The notes: a model not told the origin generated them from the letters alone. Positions 40,394-53,950 are shown, counted from the stretch's first letter. The stretch: DNA of 64,000 nt from the human T2T-CHM13v2.0 reference genome, Homo sapiens (GCF_009914755.1 NC_060931.1), one strand, 5' to 3'. Numbers and translations: made by a program.

Positions 40394-40469
40394 AAACTCT
40401 GCCAGAAAGCTGAAGAAATGCAAACACTTTCAAACTCATTTTACAAGGCCAGCAGTACCCTGATATGAG

Positions 40470-40690
40470 GTCTTTCTTAATGAAATAGTAAGTATTTAAG
40501 GTTTTGCAGGCTGCAAGGTCTTGTTTCAACCATTCAAACCTACCCCTGCATTGTGGGTGGAAGCAGCCATGGATGTACGTGAACAGATGGAGGTGGCCAT
40601 GTTCCACTCAAACTACGTATGGAACTGAAGTAGGACATCTTCATATAATGTTCATGTAAATACAGCTCTTAGCTCACAGGATGTAGAAAA
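40470..40690 (-). mobile_element. MER58-like MITE (reverse)
   Basis: Its reverse complement aligns to the MER58 copy at 37107-37194. Confidence 0.7.
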
Positions 40691-41735
40691 CACAAGAGGG
40701 CACGATAGGCTCATGGACTGTTACGTTTTAGTGCAAGCTGCATTCTTTTGGACTTGGAATTGTTAACAAAAATCACAGAATCACTAACTGCACAATTTTC
40801 CATGGGTATTCTTCACCATGGACTCAGAAACAAAAGGTATGGTGTGGATGAAATCTCCCAAAAGAACTGCAGGCCATTTCTGGTCAGTCAATAACCAGGG
40901 TGTGGAGGGGTGAGGAGGAGACTGCACACACCCACACAAACACAAGCCTCTGCATCACACGGCAGAACGGGAAGCATAGGAGGACCGACCCTCACTCTGT
41001 TCCTGCCCAGGCTGAGACAGGCCCAGCTACGCTAGAAATTCCTGGCATGTGTGGAAGGAAACGCGCATTCTGCAAAGCAGGCGGATTTCGCCAAATGTCA
41101 GCGATTTCACCCCCGCAGTGATGATGATGAACTTCTGTTAACATCGACATCAGCAATTTCAAATTAAAAGAGGGCTTATCTCTCAGGGCACAATTTCTAA
41201 GCGTTTCAAAAATGGTTTACATGGCACCAGAAGAGGGCAAGCCATTAGCAAATCACTTCTGAGAAGTTTCAACATGTTCCCATGAATTCCACTAACAAGA
41301 GCTGTCCAGAAAGCCGAAAGTTGCTTAGCAAAAGGATGCATTTTAGAAAGCTCTAGGTGGTCCCCACTAGGACCCATATGTTTTAAATAATCTCATCATT
41401 TCTTTCAATTTCATTTAAAAAATTGAAGTGAACAACAACTAAAATGGAATAAATGGCCAAGGATGGCACTTTTCAAGTCCAGCAACTCCAAGAGACTTCT
41501 GACAATGCAGCAGGCAGCAGGTCTGGGTGTGCCCTAGAACCTGCACTTTCCACAGGTGCTGCTGCTGGGCCCAGGCTCACAGCTCAGGAATGCTGCTTAG
41601 AACAGCTTGCTACGTGATCCTGGGCAATGATGATCCATCAATATCAGGCTCACTGTGTCAAAATCACCACACCAAGCCTGAAAAGCATAGGTTGTTTTAA
41701 TTAACAAGAATTATATTTATTTAAAAGTCCGTCTG

Positions 41736-41739
<4 letters not shown>

Positions 41740-41774
<35 letters not shown>
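41740..41774. repeat. (CT)n microsatellite
   Basis: About 17 TC units. Confidence 0.95.
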
Positions 41775-41776
<2 letters not shown>

Positions 41777-43135
41777 GTTTGCACCAAAACACAATTTGGG
41801 TGAAGGATCCATAATCTAAAATAATACTTGAAAAGATCAGGTCATCACGGACGATTTGGTGGTCCTAATGGGTGTACCTGTCCATTTGGGGGGAAAATAT
41901 GATCAAGTTAGATGTGAGGAAAGAGACAACACTAGAGAGAAGCAAATAACATCTGTGTGCCCCGATGGAAGTTTTCTGCACATCAAGTGGTCATCATATG
42001 CCTTACAGCTGTAAACACCATCCACAAGCCAGCCTACCTAGTGCCTTTGCAGGAAAGATATACTGAGAGTCTAATATAACTCAAAGGGAAGCTTCTTTCA
42101 AACTAAATTCCATAATACAATGGATTTCTGTGCAGTTTTTTAGTGTAAAAGAGTCCGGAAGAAAAAAAAAAAAAAAACTTCTATCTTGAACCGTCAACAC
42201 TTCCTAGATACTTTGATGGTCCTAAGAATGCTTTGTCAAACACACAAAATAGGGAGCTGCCCATTAATGAACAGTGACCCCAGCCCACTGGCTACATCCT
42301 TTCCCAAAGGATTCCTCCCTGACTCAAGGTGTGACTGGAATAAGAGCTTTTCTCTAATAGTAAGTTTCTGGCAGGAGGGTTAAGCTTCACACACTTACCC
42401 CTCAGTGAGTTTGCTTTCAGTCCAACCCCTTTCAACAACAATCACATTTGAGGAGCAGTACAAAGCAGTTGAGAAAACTGGGAATTAAGAGGAAAGATCC
42501 CAGGAGGTGGGAGGAGGAAGCATGGAAGGAGCCCGATGCAGCCAGGAGGAGGAGTGCCCACCAGCTATGCACCTGGGCTGCCGGCATCCACCAACCCTGC
42601 TGGGGCTGACAGACAGACAGTCCCGGCCACTCTGTGAAGATGTACAGGCCATGTCTGCACTGCAATGGCTCCACGTGGAAAGGACAACACGTTTACTGCA
42701 ATGGCATCATGCCATCATCTAGTCCATCAACTGATTACCATAACTCAAGATGGCATGGAAAGTCTGACACAGTCCATCTGAAAAGGGCATACATAGCTCT
42801 TTTGAAAAGGAGGGCTTTCCATGAAAAATAAAATTTAATAAAAATGAAACGATTTGCTCTCATAATCGTGGTCAATTTGGGGTCAACAGTTTCAAATGTC
42901 CAGCTACACATTCAGGGACCACAATCCTATAAATTCTAAAGCCAAACTTGGGGAGGTGTGATAACTCTTTGTTTCCTTCTTTAAGAGCAAGTAGGAAAAC
43001 CTAAAGACAAACCCATAAGGAGCACATCGCACCAGCTCAAAGCGGAAATGTGCTCAGATGCAGCATTGGTCTCCATCTCAACTCCAAAGGCTGAAGCCCA
43101 GCCAGACCCCCAAATGTGAGAGGGGGCGCACTCAC

Positions 43136-43258
43136 CCTGCAGTGAATGACGACCACATGCTGGAGGTTGCTGTTCAGCCAGGACTCCTGCGCCTTGCATA
43201 TGGTACACATCTTATCCAGGGGCGGTGCGTGGAGCTCTGGCCAGCCCACATCCATGAT
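43136..43258 (-). CDS. TNS3: TNS3 exon, aa 68-108 (phosphatase-domain WPE loop to the catalytic-site Cys)
   Basis: ttgcag|ATCATG...TGCAGG|gtgagt; IMDVGWPELHAPPLDKMCTICKAQESWLNSNLQHVVVIHCR; 123 nt. Confidence 0.97.
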
Positions 43259-44285
43259 CTGCAACAAGAAAGGGGAGCTTCCTCGGTTTCCATTTCCTAA
43301 AACCTTCTGAGGCCATCTCACAATGACTTCTTTCATCATCAGTACATTTCATTTGGGAGTAAAGAACATGCTGGGTGACCCTTTCCTAAAACTCAGTGAG
43401 CATGAGGATCAACTTCCTTCACTGGGAAGAAAAAATAAAGCATTATACTGCCCATGTGATGCCTCTTCTTCCAGGGGCTCATCTGCTCTTCTGCAGCTGG
43501 GGTGACAATTCTAGAAAGGTCTTTGAGTTGCTGATGGTGCAGGTTGTGTGGACGGGGCTGCAGTCCAGTGAGATCACAAACAGGAGTCCTAGGCCCAAGC
43601 TGCTGCCAAAATCTCCCCACTCGGGTTAAAATCCCAGTTTGGAGAGTGCAGCCAGCCATCTCCCACACCGTGCGGACAACACCTCAGAGACAATCTACTG
43701 GAAAGGCAGCACTTAAGGAGGAAGCACCTTCAAAACTCTAATTAAGTTTGGTGCTTGGACAAAGAAAATCACCACCATGTGCTAAAGACACAGTGACTCG
43801 GTGCAGAACTGCAGCTCTGAGCGTCCTGAGGCACACACAAGTCCACAGTGGCCCACAGTGGCCACACGGGGGTGTTGCTTTTCCTTTGATTTCCTTTTGT
43901 CAGTAGGACGAGGACAAGGAGCTCTATCTTATGATGAAAGTCGTAGAAATAGTGTAAGACTGTTGGAAATTTCAGAAAGTTGCCAGGAAGTAGGAAAAGT
44001 CACTACCCCTGCCACCACTCAAAGATAACCACTGCAATGTTTTCATGAATCCCTTAGTCTCTTTTCTGTATACATTTAGCATAATTGAGATACTATTATA
44101 CATAAATTCTATACTCTACTATTGTTAACTAGTATTAAAATAGGCAACTTATCATGTTTCTGCTTTGTTACTCTAATGGCTGCAAAATATTTCAACATAT
44201 AGAATATACATACATATATGTACCACAACTTATGTTGACTCAGTCTTAAAATTATCCCAAACTTTGCTGTTGAAAATGATCATGA

Positions 44286-44482
44286 AGGGTGAGGGGCAAG
44301 GGGAATGAGAGCATTAGGACAAATACTTAATGCATGAGGGGCCTAAAACCTAGATGACAGGTTGATAGGTGCAGCAAATCACCATGGCATATGTGTATCT
44401 ATGTAACAAACCTGCACGTTCTGCACCTGTATCCCAGAACTTAAAGTAAAATTTGAAAAAATTTTAAAAATTTTTTAAAAAA
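44286..44482 (+). mobile_element. L1PA 3' end (5'-truncated)
   Basis: GCATTAGGACAAATAC...GCAGCAAATCACCATGGCA...AACCTGCACGTTCTGCAC...AGAACTTAAAGTAAAA; TSD TGAAAAT(G/T)ATCATGAA. Confidence 0.9.
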
Positions 44483-45116
44483 TGAAAATTATCATGAAAG
44501 GAGTGGATTAGTATGACCATAAAGAGATACTAGCAGAAGAGAGCCCCATGCTGATGGAAATGTTTTGTCTCTTGTTTGTGGTGGCTTAACAAATCTATAC
44601 ACATGATGCAGTTTAGATTTATTCTATACATATATTTGTTATAGATTTGTTCCATGCATATATATATGCAGTATATATGAAAGATCCCAGGAGGCGGGAG
44701 GAGGAAGCATCATGTGTATAGATTTGTTCTATACATATATATTAGTATTTATCATCTATACACACGATGCCGAGAAACACACATGTACGCAAAACCAGGG
44801 AAATGTGAGTGAGGTCCGTGGACTATACCAATGCCAACTTCCTGACCTAGATATTTCACTATTAGTGTTGTAAGATTCTCCCACTGGAAAGACTGGGTGA
44901 GAAGTACAGGAGTTCTCTGTATTATTTTCACAACTTCCTACGAATCTCTAACTATTTCAAACTGAAAAAAAAGTAATTAAAATAATTGATATGAACAATT
45001 CCTAATACTCCTTATCAAGTCACATTCCACAAAGACTAGTAGCAAATTATTTTTGCACAAAATAAGCATTGTTTACATTTTACAAAATGCAGAATATAAA
45101 GGGATGAACTCTGTAC

Positions 45117-45167
45117 CTTTGGGTTAAGCTTCGTAAGGTCATATCTCTTTTCTGAAAGGTTTAATAC
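45117..45167 (-). CDS. TNS3: TNS3 exon, aa 51-67
   Basis: tttatag|GTATTAAAC...CCAAAG|gtacag; VLNLSEKRYDLTKLNPK; 51 nt, phase 0/0. Confidence 0.95.
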
Positions 45168-45597
45168 CTATAAAAGAGAGGAAAAATTGCCTTGCATAAA
45201 ATAGATTTTAATATTTTAAAAATTAATACTTTAATTTTTATTTAATTTTAATTAATACTAATTTTTTAAAAAAATATCTAAAATCTTCACACTCACAAAT
45301 CAGGGGGAAAAAAAGCTTTTAGACAAATCCTTGACATCAGAGATGAAAGCAGAAAACACATTGCATTTTTACATGATGTTTCCCTTCCAGGTACCGAGGA
45401 TCAGAAAAGATTGAAAAATACAGACTTGTGTGGTCACAGAATAAAAAACAAATAAAATAAATAAGATAAGGATGGCATACAGAACCCTTACACATAAAGT
45501 CTATATTCTACTTCTTCAACTAGTATTAAACCAGGCGATTTACTGTGTTACTATTTTTTTTTAATTCTCATGGCTACAAAATATCCCAACATATAGG

Positions 45598-45598
<1 letters not shown>

Positions 45599-45645
<47 letters not shown>

Positions 45646-45695
45646 ATAAAATATATAATATAAAATATATATACACATATATATAAAATAAATAT
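45599..45695. repeat. (CA)~21 microsatellite followed by a TA-rich tract
   Basis: Seen directly in the sequence. Confidence 0.95.
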
Positions 45696-45897
45696 CACGG
45701 TCTTGCTCCTGACAACACAAACTGACCCGATAGAGAGGTGGTACATGGTGGGGAAGGCTGTCCCTCCTCTATGGCCTGGTGGCCCCAGGCCTGGAAAGGG
45801 CTGAGTTCATGCCCGGCCAAAAGCCATGGCCTAAGTTCACTGAAAAATCACAGCCATTTGTGGAACCTTGCTAAATACTCAAGTAGTTCAAAATGAA

Positions 45898-45918
45898 AAT
45901 AATAATAATAATAATAAT
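45898..45918. repeat. (AAT)7 microsatellite
   Basis: Seen directly in the sequence. Confidence 0.9.
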
Positions 45919-47332
45919 GTTCCAGCAGCAAGGAGCCTTAAAAATTAACTAAACGTCCCTCTCACTTCAGAGTCAGAGATGTGAGGAAAGTGGAGGGTGG
46001 GGGCTTGTCCTGGTCACCCAGCAAGCCCTGTTTATGACAAGGGGGGGCGCTGCTTTGTGACCCACAGTTCATTTCTAACCCTGCACAAGAAAAAGATCCC
46101 TGCCATAGCCATTTTGCAGGGAGAGCTCTGGCCCTGACAAGGCCCCACAGACAGGTGCTGGCCAGGGCTCCAGGCCCTCTGCATGGTCTCTTTGGGGAAG
46201 GGGGACTGGGGAAGAGGGGAAGGATGGCCAGAGAGGAGACTCGGGATGCGCTGACCAGCCTGGGAGTGGCTTCCAAAGGAAGGAGCCATGGTCCTGCAGA
46301 GCACACCGCCTCAGTGATGAAGGAGGAAGCCCTGAGGAGGAGAGGGCCCCTGGTGAGAGGCACCACCATCAGATGGGGCTTGGCCACCACTTCCTGTCCA
46401 CCGCCAGGTCACAGACAAGACGGGCTTCAAGACCAGAAAGAGGCAGGAGCCTGAGTGAATCAAGGATCGGGGAGGGGTCAGGACCCAGGTAGCACCTGGG
46501 CCAGGGCTGCTCTGGCATCAGACGGAGGCCACATCCTACTCTGCCACTTGGGTCCACCTCTCCCAGCCACTGGTGCCCCAGTCATTGGAGCAGACCAGCA
46601 AGGAAGACAATGACCACCTTGTAGGTTTGCAGGGCAGATTAGCTTTACCACAGATAAGGAGGCCTCCTTACTAGAGATAACAAGGCAGGTAGAGAGAGGG
46701 TGCCAGGGAGCTGTCATTCAATCCCATTAGTGACTGTTGACAGCAGAAGGAAGTCAGCCTCCACCTGGGCTACCAACCATGGGAACAGAAAACAAGGGGC
46801 CAATCAGAGGGTGAGAGATGGTGAGAGGCTGTTCTGTGTTATTCCTCAGATGTGGCTCCACCATCAACTCGACAAGTGTGTTTTGAAAATCAAGCTGTCT
46901 CCTTGTCTCCAGGGCAGCCCCTGGTTTCTTGGGTGCCCACCTAATTTGTCTTCCTAATTCCTGGCTCAGGAGGAGAGTCACAAGTTTGTCTCTTGATACG
47001 AGGGATGCAGCATGGGAGCGCAAGGGTGGCTGGCTGGGGACATGTCCCAAGGCACTGGGGAGCCAGCCTCACTGATGAGTGCAGGACAAGGCAACAGCCA
47101 TCCCTGCGGTCAGCAGTCGTGTGTCCCTGAAAGCTACCTACAGAGACACATAAGTCTCCTCCCCAGGCGTGGCAGCAGAGAGACAGAGGACGAAGGCGCC
47201 ACGGACAGCTGTGTGAGCCCAGGCCCTTGAGCTTCTCCCTCATGTGTAAACCAGTGTTCTGTGAGTGCCCATCCCTACACAGTGCCTGCTGCAGAGCCTG
47301 CCCAAAGGCTCCCAGAGCCGCCCACCGCTCAC

Positions 47333-47482
47333 CAGGTAGTTGTCCCCGTGCTTGGACTTGAGCATGCGCGTGACCTCCTGTAGGTTGTGCAGGTAGGACT
47401 CCTCAGAGCAGCCGGCAGGGAAGGACACAGCGATGATGCGCTCCGTGATGTAAGTGAGGTCCAGCCCATGGCCCTCCTCCAT
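47333..47482 (-). CDS. TNS3: TNS3 first coding exon, aa 1-50 (whole exon 47333-47504)
   Basis: Kozak context CCCACCATGG; [50 protein letters not shown]; acceptor ctctcgcag|G at 47504; donor CTG|gtgagc. Confidence 0.97.
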
Positions 47483-49010
47483 GGTGGGACTCAGGATGAC
47501 GGGCCTGCGAGAGAGCAGTGGGCAGATCAGAAACAGGGTAAGGAGGCAGCAGACATTCATCCTCTAGGAAAAAGGTGAAGACAACGGACACTCATCCCCT
47601 GGGTGTTCACATCAGCACCTGGGCAGCCAGCTACGGGAATTTACAGTGTGTGCAGCCTCTGTGCTGTGTTCCCATAACAGCGGGCAGTGTGGGGAGGGGC
47701 ACAAGATTGAATTTTCCTAGCAGGGCATGACGGGGTACCGCAAGCTGCGGTCAGGGAACGCACAGAGAGAAAGCAACTCAGAGCAGTGACGCATGGGCTC
47801 AAATGCAAAAGCACGAAGGCGGGAAGGACTTTTTGTTGTTACACTGGGAGCAGGAACAGGGTTCCAGGCGGGACTCCTGGAGTGGGAGCCTCAACCCTGC
47901 TCTGAGGTGTCAAGGTCGGCACGAGGGGGCACCGGGAGGGGGCCAGGAGGAAGCGGAGATGGTGTGAGCAGAAGCCAAACATCAGCAAGCAGCTCCTCGT
48001 GTCCGTATGCGGCATCCTGGGGGAGGTGCGGCCAAGGATGAGGCTGGTGAGGTGGCCAGCTATGGTCGTGGAGGACCCTGCAGGCCCAAGAAGGAGGCAG
48101 GACCTCACGTGGAGAGGGGACCAGCTGGGGCATAATCAAAGCGGCCTTTCATCTACTGAGCAGCAACTCAGCAGACTCCTATCAGAAGGCTAAGAGCTCC
48201 ATGGGGCCCCGCTGGGACCCCACCCAGCTAGCCACAGGCCAGGTGGATCCAGGGTAGAATGTGGGGCTGGCCACCCAACCAGGTGCCCAGGTGGCCAGGG
48301 CAGGCCCCCAAGTGTGAGATGAAGACTGTGGAGGAGGGAAGAGGGAAGAGGGCAGAAATGGTCATGTCATGGCCAGCAGGCTGAGGACTTGGGCAGGACT
48401 GGCAGTGTGGAGTCAGGCACCCAATGTGACTGGAGACAAGGGCCTCCCACAGACCACAGATTCTCCACCAGCCCTGTGGGCCCCAGGGAGGCCTGAGCCC
48501 CTCCCAGGAGTGCTCCTAACATTATGGCTGAGGGTGGTATCCAGGAGGAGGTGGAAAAGGTTCCAGGGAGAGGGGATGGGGTTGAACCCAATCGGTGCCC
48601 CCATGAGGTAAAGCCAGAGGCATGGGTGCACGGGACGTGTCCTTAAGTCCCTCCAAAGTGCTGCCACCAGCTTTGGGGTTTTCATTTTTACTACTCCTAT
48701 GTGTTTCTCTCTTTCTTTTAATTTTGGAAAAATTCAAAACCATATAAAATGGTTTTGCAAACCTCCATGTACCCACATCACCTAACTTCAAAATTACCAA
48801 CACACAGCTAACCTCTGTCCATCAATATCTCCAGCAATCTCCTCCACCACTTTGATTGCTTTAAAGCAATCCCAGATACTATGTAATTTCATTTATAAAT
48901 CTTGCAGAATTTATTTCTAAAAGATAAGGGCACTTTTTGATTAAAATGTCTACAATGCCATTATCACACCTCAAAAAGAAATAATAACATCAAACATCCA
49001 ATACCATACA

Positions 49011-49321
49011 TTTATTTTTATTTTTATTTATTTTTATTTTTTCGAGACAGAGTCTCGCTCTGTCGCCAGGCTGGAATGCAGTGGCGCAATCTCGGCTTAC
49101 TGCAGTCTCTGCCTCCTGGGTTAAAGGGATTCTCCTGCCTCAGCCTCCCGAATAGCTGGGATTACAGGCATGCGCTATCACACCCAGCTAATTTTGTATT
49201 TTTAGTAGAGATGGGGTTTCACTGTGTTGGCCAGGATGGTCTCGATCTCCTGACCTTGTGGTCTCCCCACCTCAGCCTCCCAAAGTGCTGGGATTACAAG
49301 TGTGAGCCACTGTGCCCGGCC
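49011..49321 (-). mobile_element. Alu (AluSc-like)
   Basis: TSD CATACATTTATTTT. Confidence 0.92.
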
Positions 49322-49848
49322 CATACATTTATTTTTTAAGGTTGATTTGTTCAAATCAGCATCCAAACAATTCCCAAGGATTTTGTTTTCTCTACCTTAT
49401 TTATCAGACATGGATTTCATTCCAATTCAAATGTATTGAACACTGTTAGAACAGAAATAAAGCGCTTCCTACGGTCATGAGGATCCACAGTGAGTGCCTC
49501 TCCAGAAGATGCTGGCTCAGGGCCCCCCTCATCTGCTCTAAAGGGGCTCTTGCCAGCACACCCTGGAGTCTCCCCCAAAAGTGACACTTGCACAATCAGG
49601 CCTCAGCAGTGCAATTATTTATTCAAAGACAATCACAGGTGTTTCTACCACCTGGGCTTCTGACCCTGACACAGCATTTAGAAACGGACAGAAAACCTGG
49701 CCTGTATCACCTTTGATTGGCAATGTTTACAACCAAAGCAGAAATTATGATTTCTACAGAAGAAAATGATGCCATGCCCAAGTTTCCTCTGTAGAGAGCT
49801 GACCTACAGCCAGAGACACAGGAATGCATGACCCACACAGACACTCAC

Positions 49849-49901
49849 CGCAGAGGTTTATCACGGCAGAGAGAATTGGACAGCGTGGAACTCCCTGGAG
49901 C
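49849..49901 (-). other. TNS3: TNS3 53-nt exon upstream of the ATG exon (5'UTR of the short isoform; open in frame)
   Basis: Acceptor tttgttatttgcag|GCTCCAGGG and donor CCTCTGCG|gtgagt. Together with the 22 nt before the ATG it gives 75 nt with no stop ([26 protein letters not shown]). Confidence 0.8.
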
Positions 49902-51485
49902 CTGCAAATAACAAAACAAGGGTCATTTTGAAGTTTCCTTTCCTGCCAGTCTACATGACACAGACACCACTGAGAGGGAACAATGACAGCCGTTCCACAG
50001 TTTAATCATAAACAGCAAGTCAATCGTAACTACTAGCCCACCTTATCACCTCAGAAGGGTCTACACCATGTTGTGTGATTCAGCTCACCAGAGGACGCAG
50101 TGCCACTAACCAGCATCAGGACGGGCTTCCACAGGAGCCAGTGAGGCCACCCTCCAGTCAGGGCAAGGTAGGCATCGCTTGGCCTGCAAACAGTGCCCTG
50201 CCCTCCAACACAGGAGGTGCCAGATGACACCAGCGCTATGACTATCATGGCTGCTATTATTTACTTGAAAGAACCAATTAATGAGTGACTTTCAGGAATT
50301 CTCAATCATACCTACTCTTTTTTAAAGAGCCTATTCAACAGGGAGAAAAGACTCGGGTTATAATTACTTTATAGTTATATAACTCTTCCTTGTGTGTAAG
50401 GGTTGTTATATACTATGGTGACAGAGATCTACTATTTCAGGAAAAATGCCCAGCAACTGTGTGAGTAAGAAGGCTCTTCAATATTTCAGAAGTGAGGAAA
50501 TTGGGACTCAAAGAGGGAAGCGATCTTGTCAGATGGCAGAGGTGAATGGGGAAACCCAGACACCCACTACAGGGCTCCCTCAAAGTCTCTTTCTGCCCCA
50601 AGCCAGGTAATGCTGCACACAGGAGCCCAGAGACCCCCGAGTTGGGGGGACACAGAGCCTCCGGCACTCCTCCTGCTCCCCGATCAAAGCAGGCCCACAG
50701 ACACCACCATCAGAGGCATCAACACCCCCGATCACACCTGGGATCCCACTCAGGCAGGTGCAGCTCACCTGGACTCCTTAGGCAAGAAATGAACAGAAAA
50801 CAAATTCTATGTATATTTCGGAGACCAACAATACAGATGTTTTCCTGAAATCATACCAATGCAAAGCCTAGCGCCAATTCCAAAACCACAGAGATCATCG
50901 TCTCAGCCTCCCAAGACAGGGGCAGGATCTAGGGGCGTGCTCTTCAGTTCTACACCAAGGTGCCGGCGAGCTCAGCCCTGGGTCCACCTCCTCATTGCTT
51001 TTCCCGGGAAAGCCCCTTGGCCACTCCACTTCTTTGTCTCCTGCCTTTTGAAGTGAGAATAGTAACAGACAGGGCCAGTCTCATGGAGCTGTCCAGGGAT
51101 TCACTGAGGTAATTCTGTCAATGGCTTGGAATCCAGCCTGGCACCGCATGGCCACTGCCCGTGCTGGGCAGACCTGGTCAAGTGAAGTCCCGTGGTCTCC
51201 AGACCCCGCCCACCCCTGACATCTGAGCTGCACCCCCTGCTCATCCCCTATGCCCACAAAGCTGCAGGAGGCTCCAAACATGTTCCTCTGATCTTCTCAA
51301 AGCCCTAACCCAAAGCCTTTCACAGCTCAGACTAGACAGCTACAAAACAGAAGACTACTCTTTTGCCTAGTAGAGCAGCAAAAATAAAAATCTTGAAAAC
51401 ATTTTTTAAAGTTTTGATGAAATATAAACAGATGCAAGATTTCAGAGGACAACTTGTCAGTGTGTATAAAAAGTATTTAGAATAC

Positions 51486-51864
<379 letters not shown>

Positions 51865-53950
51865 TCAAAAACCCGTTTAGGTTAATTCATACAATCTGTA
51901 CATGTAACACTCAAATTCAAGCAGTTCAGATGCAATCCTAATAGAGCCAATCCCATTATGCGGAAACTCAGCTTAACCAGGGTCCCATTTAATTCAAAAA
52001 AGTATTCAATAAGCCAACATCTCAGGGGAGAACAGCAAGGAGTTTGATCGACCATGGTCCTGGGTCTTACATGAACCCACCAGGATCTGACTATATGTGT
52101 CCCACATCTTCACCAGACCACGCATCCAAAATACAGTGACTCCCATTGCAATGCCATGCTGGAGTACACTGGCCCAGTTCCTACAAGTGGGCTGTCGCTT
52201 CAGACCCTATGTCACGCTTATCATTTGACCGTGAAAGACTGGCATGCAACTTAACATATAAACAGCATTATATAACTCATGGGGCAAAACTATTTAACTC
52301 TCACATGACACATCATTCCAAGATGACAACCACACAAATACGTGACTGCTCACTGCCGGCACCAACGTGATGGGGTAGGAGTGTCACCGTCCCTCAGGCG
52401 GGGCCCTGACGGCAGGAGGGAAGGAGGGAAGGGTCCCAGAAGGCATGAGGACTCTGCTGTCCCTGACGGAACCCAGGGCCCATTTCCTCAGCTGCAGAGT
52501 GAGAAGGGCAGGTCAGACAGACCCACGGGATCTTCTCAATCCAATAATCTCTGAATCCAATTCAGCATTATAGGCCTCGATACAGTAACTCCAATGTTCA
52601 AACCCCGAAACCATACAAATTGCAACCACTGCCAAAAAAACAAACAAAAAAAACCTTTTAAACCAATAGTTATATAATTTCTAAGGTCAAGGCCAATGGA
52701 GGAAACTGTAATCTGTGCTATCACCACAGGGAGGCCCCAGCACCTGAGCTGGTGAAAAGTCAGAAAGTGTTGAATTGCACAAAGTTGCTTACATGAAGTG
52801 TTCGGAAATGCAGGGTTCCTGTAAAGTGTCCCAGCATTGCCCAGAGACACCCCTTCCTTAACCTCTGTATTGGGAAGAGGGGCAGGAAGGAGGAATTCAG
52901 CCCGTCCCCCAACATACCCAATTTTCTATGTAAGTCTACATCCACTTAAAATCGAGGCGAGAAACCCAGCACAGCTCAGGGCCACCCTCCAAAAACACAG
53001 ACAGCTTGACACCCACTCAAATCCCCAGCCCCAGACCCGCATCTGTCCACCTCATGCCTCCAGATGTGCAAACACAGGTCTGGCCACCTCCAAGGCATGT
53101 GGTGCTCAGCAGCTTCCATAGCACAACCCTGAAGAGCATTGCACGGAGCCCAGCAGAAACCCCAGTAAGCAGACATCACCACCCCTATGTTACATGTTAC
53201 AGGTTGGTAACATAGGGATGGTGATGAGGAAATGAGGATTTGGTGGGCGGACGTGTTGGAATCCCACAGTTAAGCTGCAGTAGCACCTTCTGACACCAAA
53301 ACTCTGTTCTCCTTCCATCTCCTGGCTTTCAGGTGGTCCACACCCTCTCCTGCACAGGCTGCCCCTGAATCACATGAACATCAGTGAGGATAAAAGACTC
53401 TTGCTTGGGGGAGCTGTTCTAGCCCCGTGCCAAAAAGGGCAGAGAAACTATGGCCCTTCCATCACTTCCAAGTCAGCGTCTGAGATCTCATGTGACTAAA
53501 ATCCCCCTGAATCATTCAGGGGTTAAATCTGGAACCAAGTAGAGGACATGCCTATGACAGGTCCCCCTGACACACTGGGGTAGAACCCCCTCAGCTGCTT
53601 TGACTTGGACTAAAATGAGAACCAGGCCCCATACTGAACTGGAACTGCCGCCAAGAGTTTCTGAAATACTGTGCTTGTCAAGAGGAGACTCAGGGATACA
53701 ATGTCACTGTAAGTCTTTATTTGAAAGTAAACAATACACCTACACTTGGGTTGCACAAATCTAAACCCTGTGTGTGCACCATAATGCATTTCATGACTGA
53801 AGGATGACTGAGAAACTAACTTGCTATAGGTTATATTAAACCTGGCTCCTGAGAAACCCGAAATCCTAACCTCATATAAGGTTTAAAAAACTCTCTCTAC
53901 TTGTAGGCACCAGTCCTGCAAATCTGTGTTGCAAACTCACTCTCTAGGTG

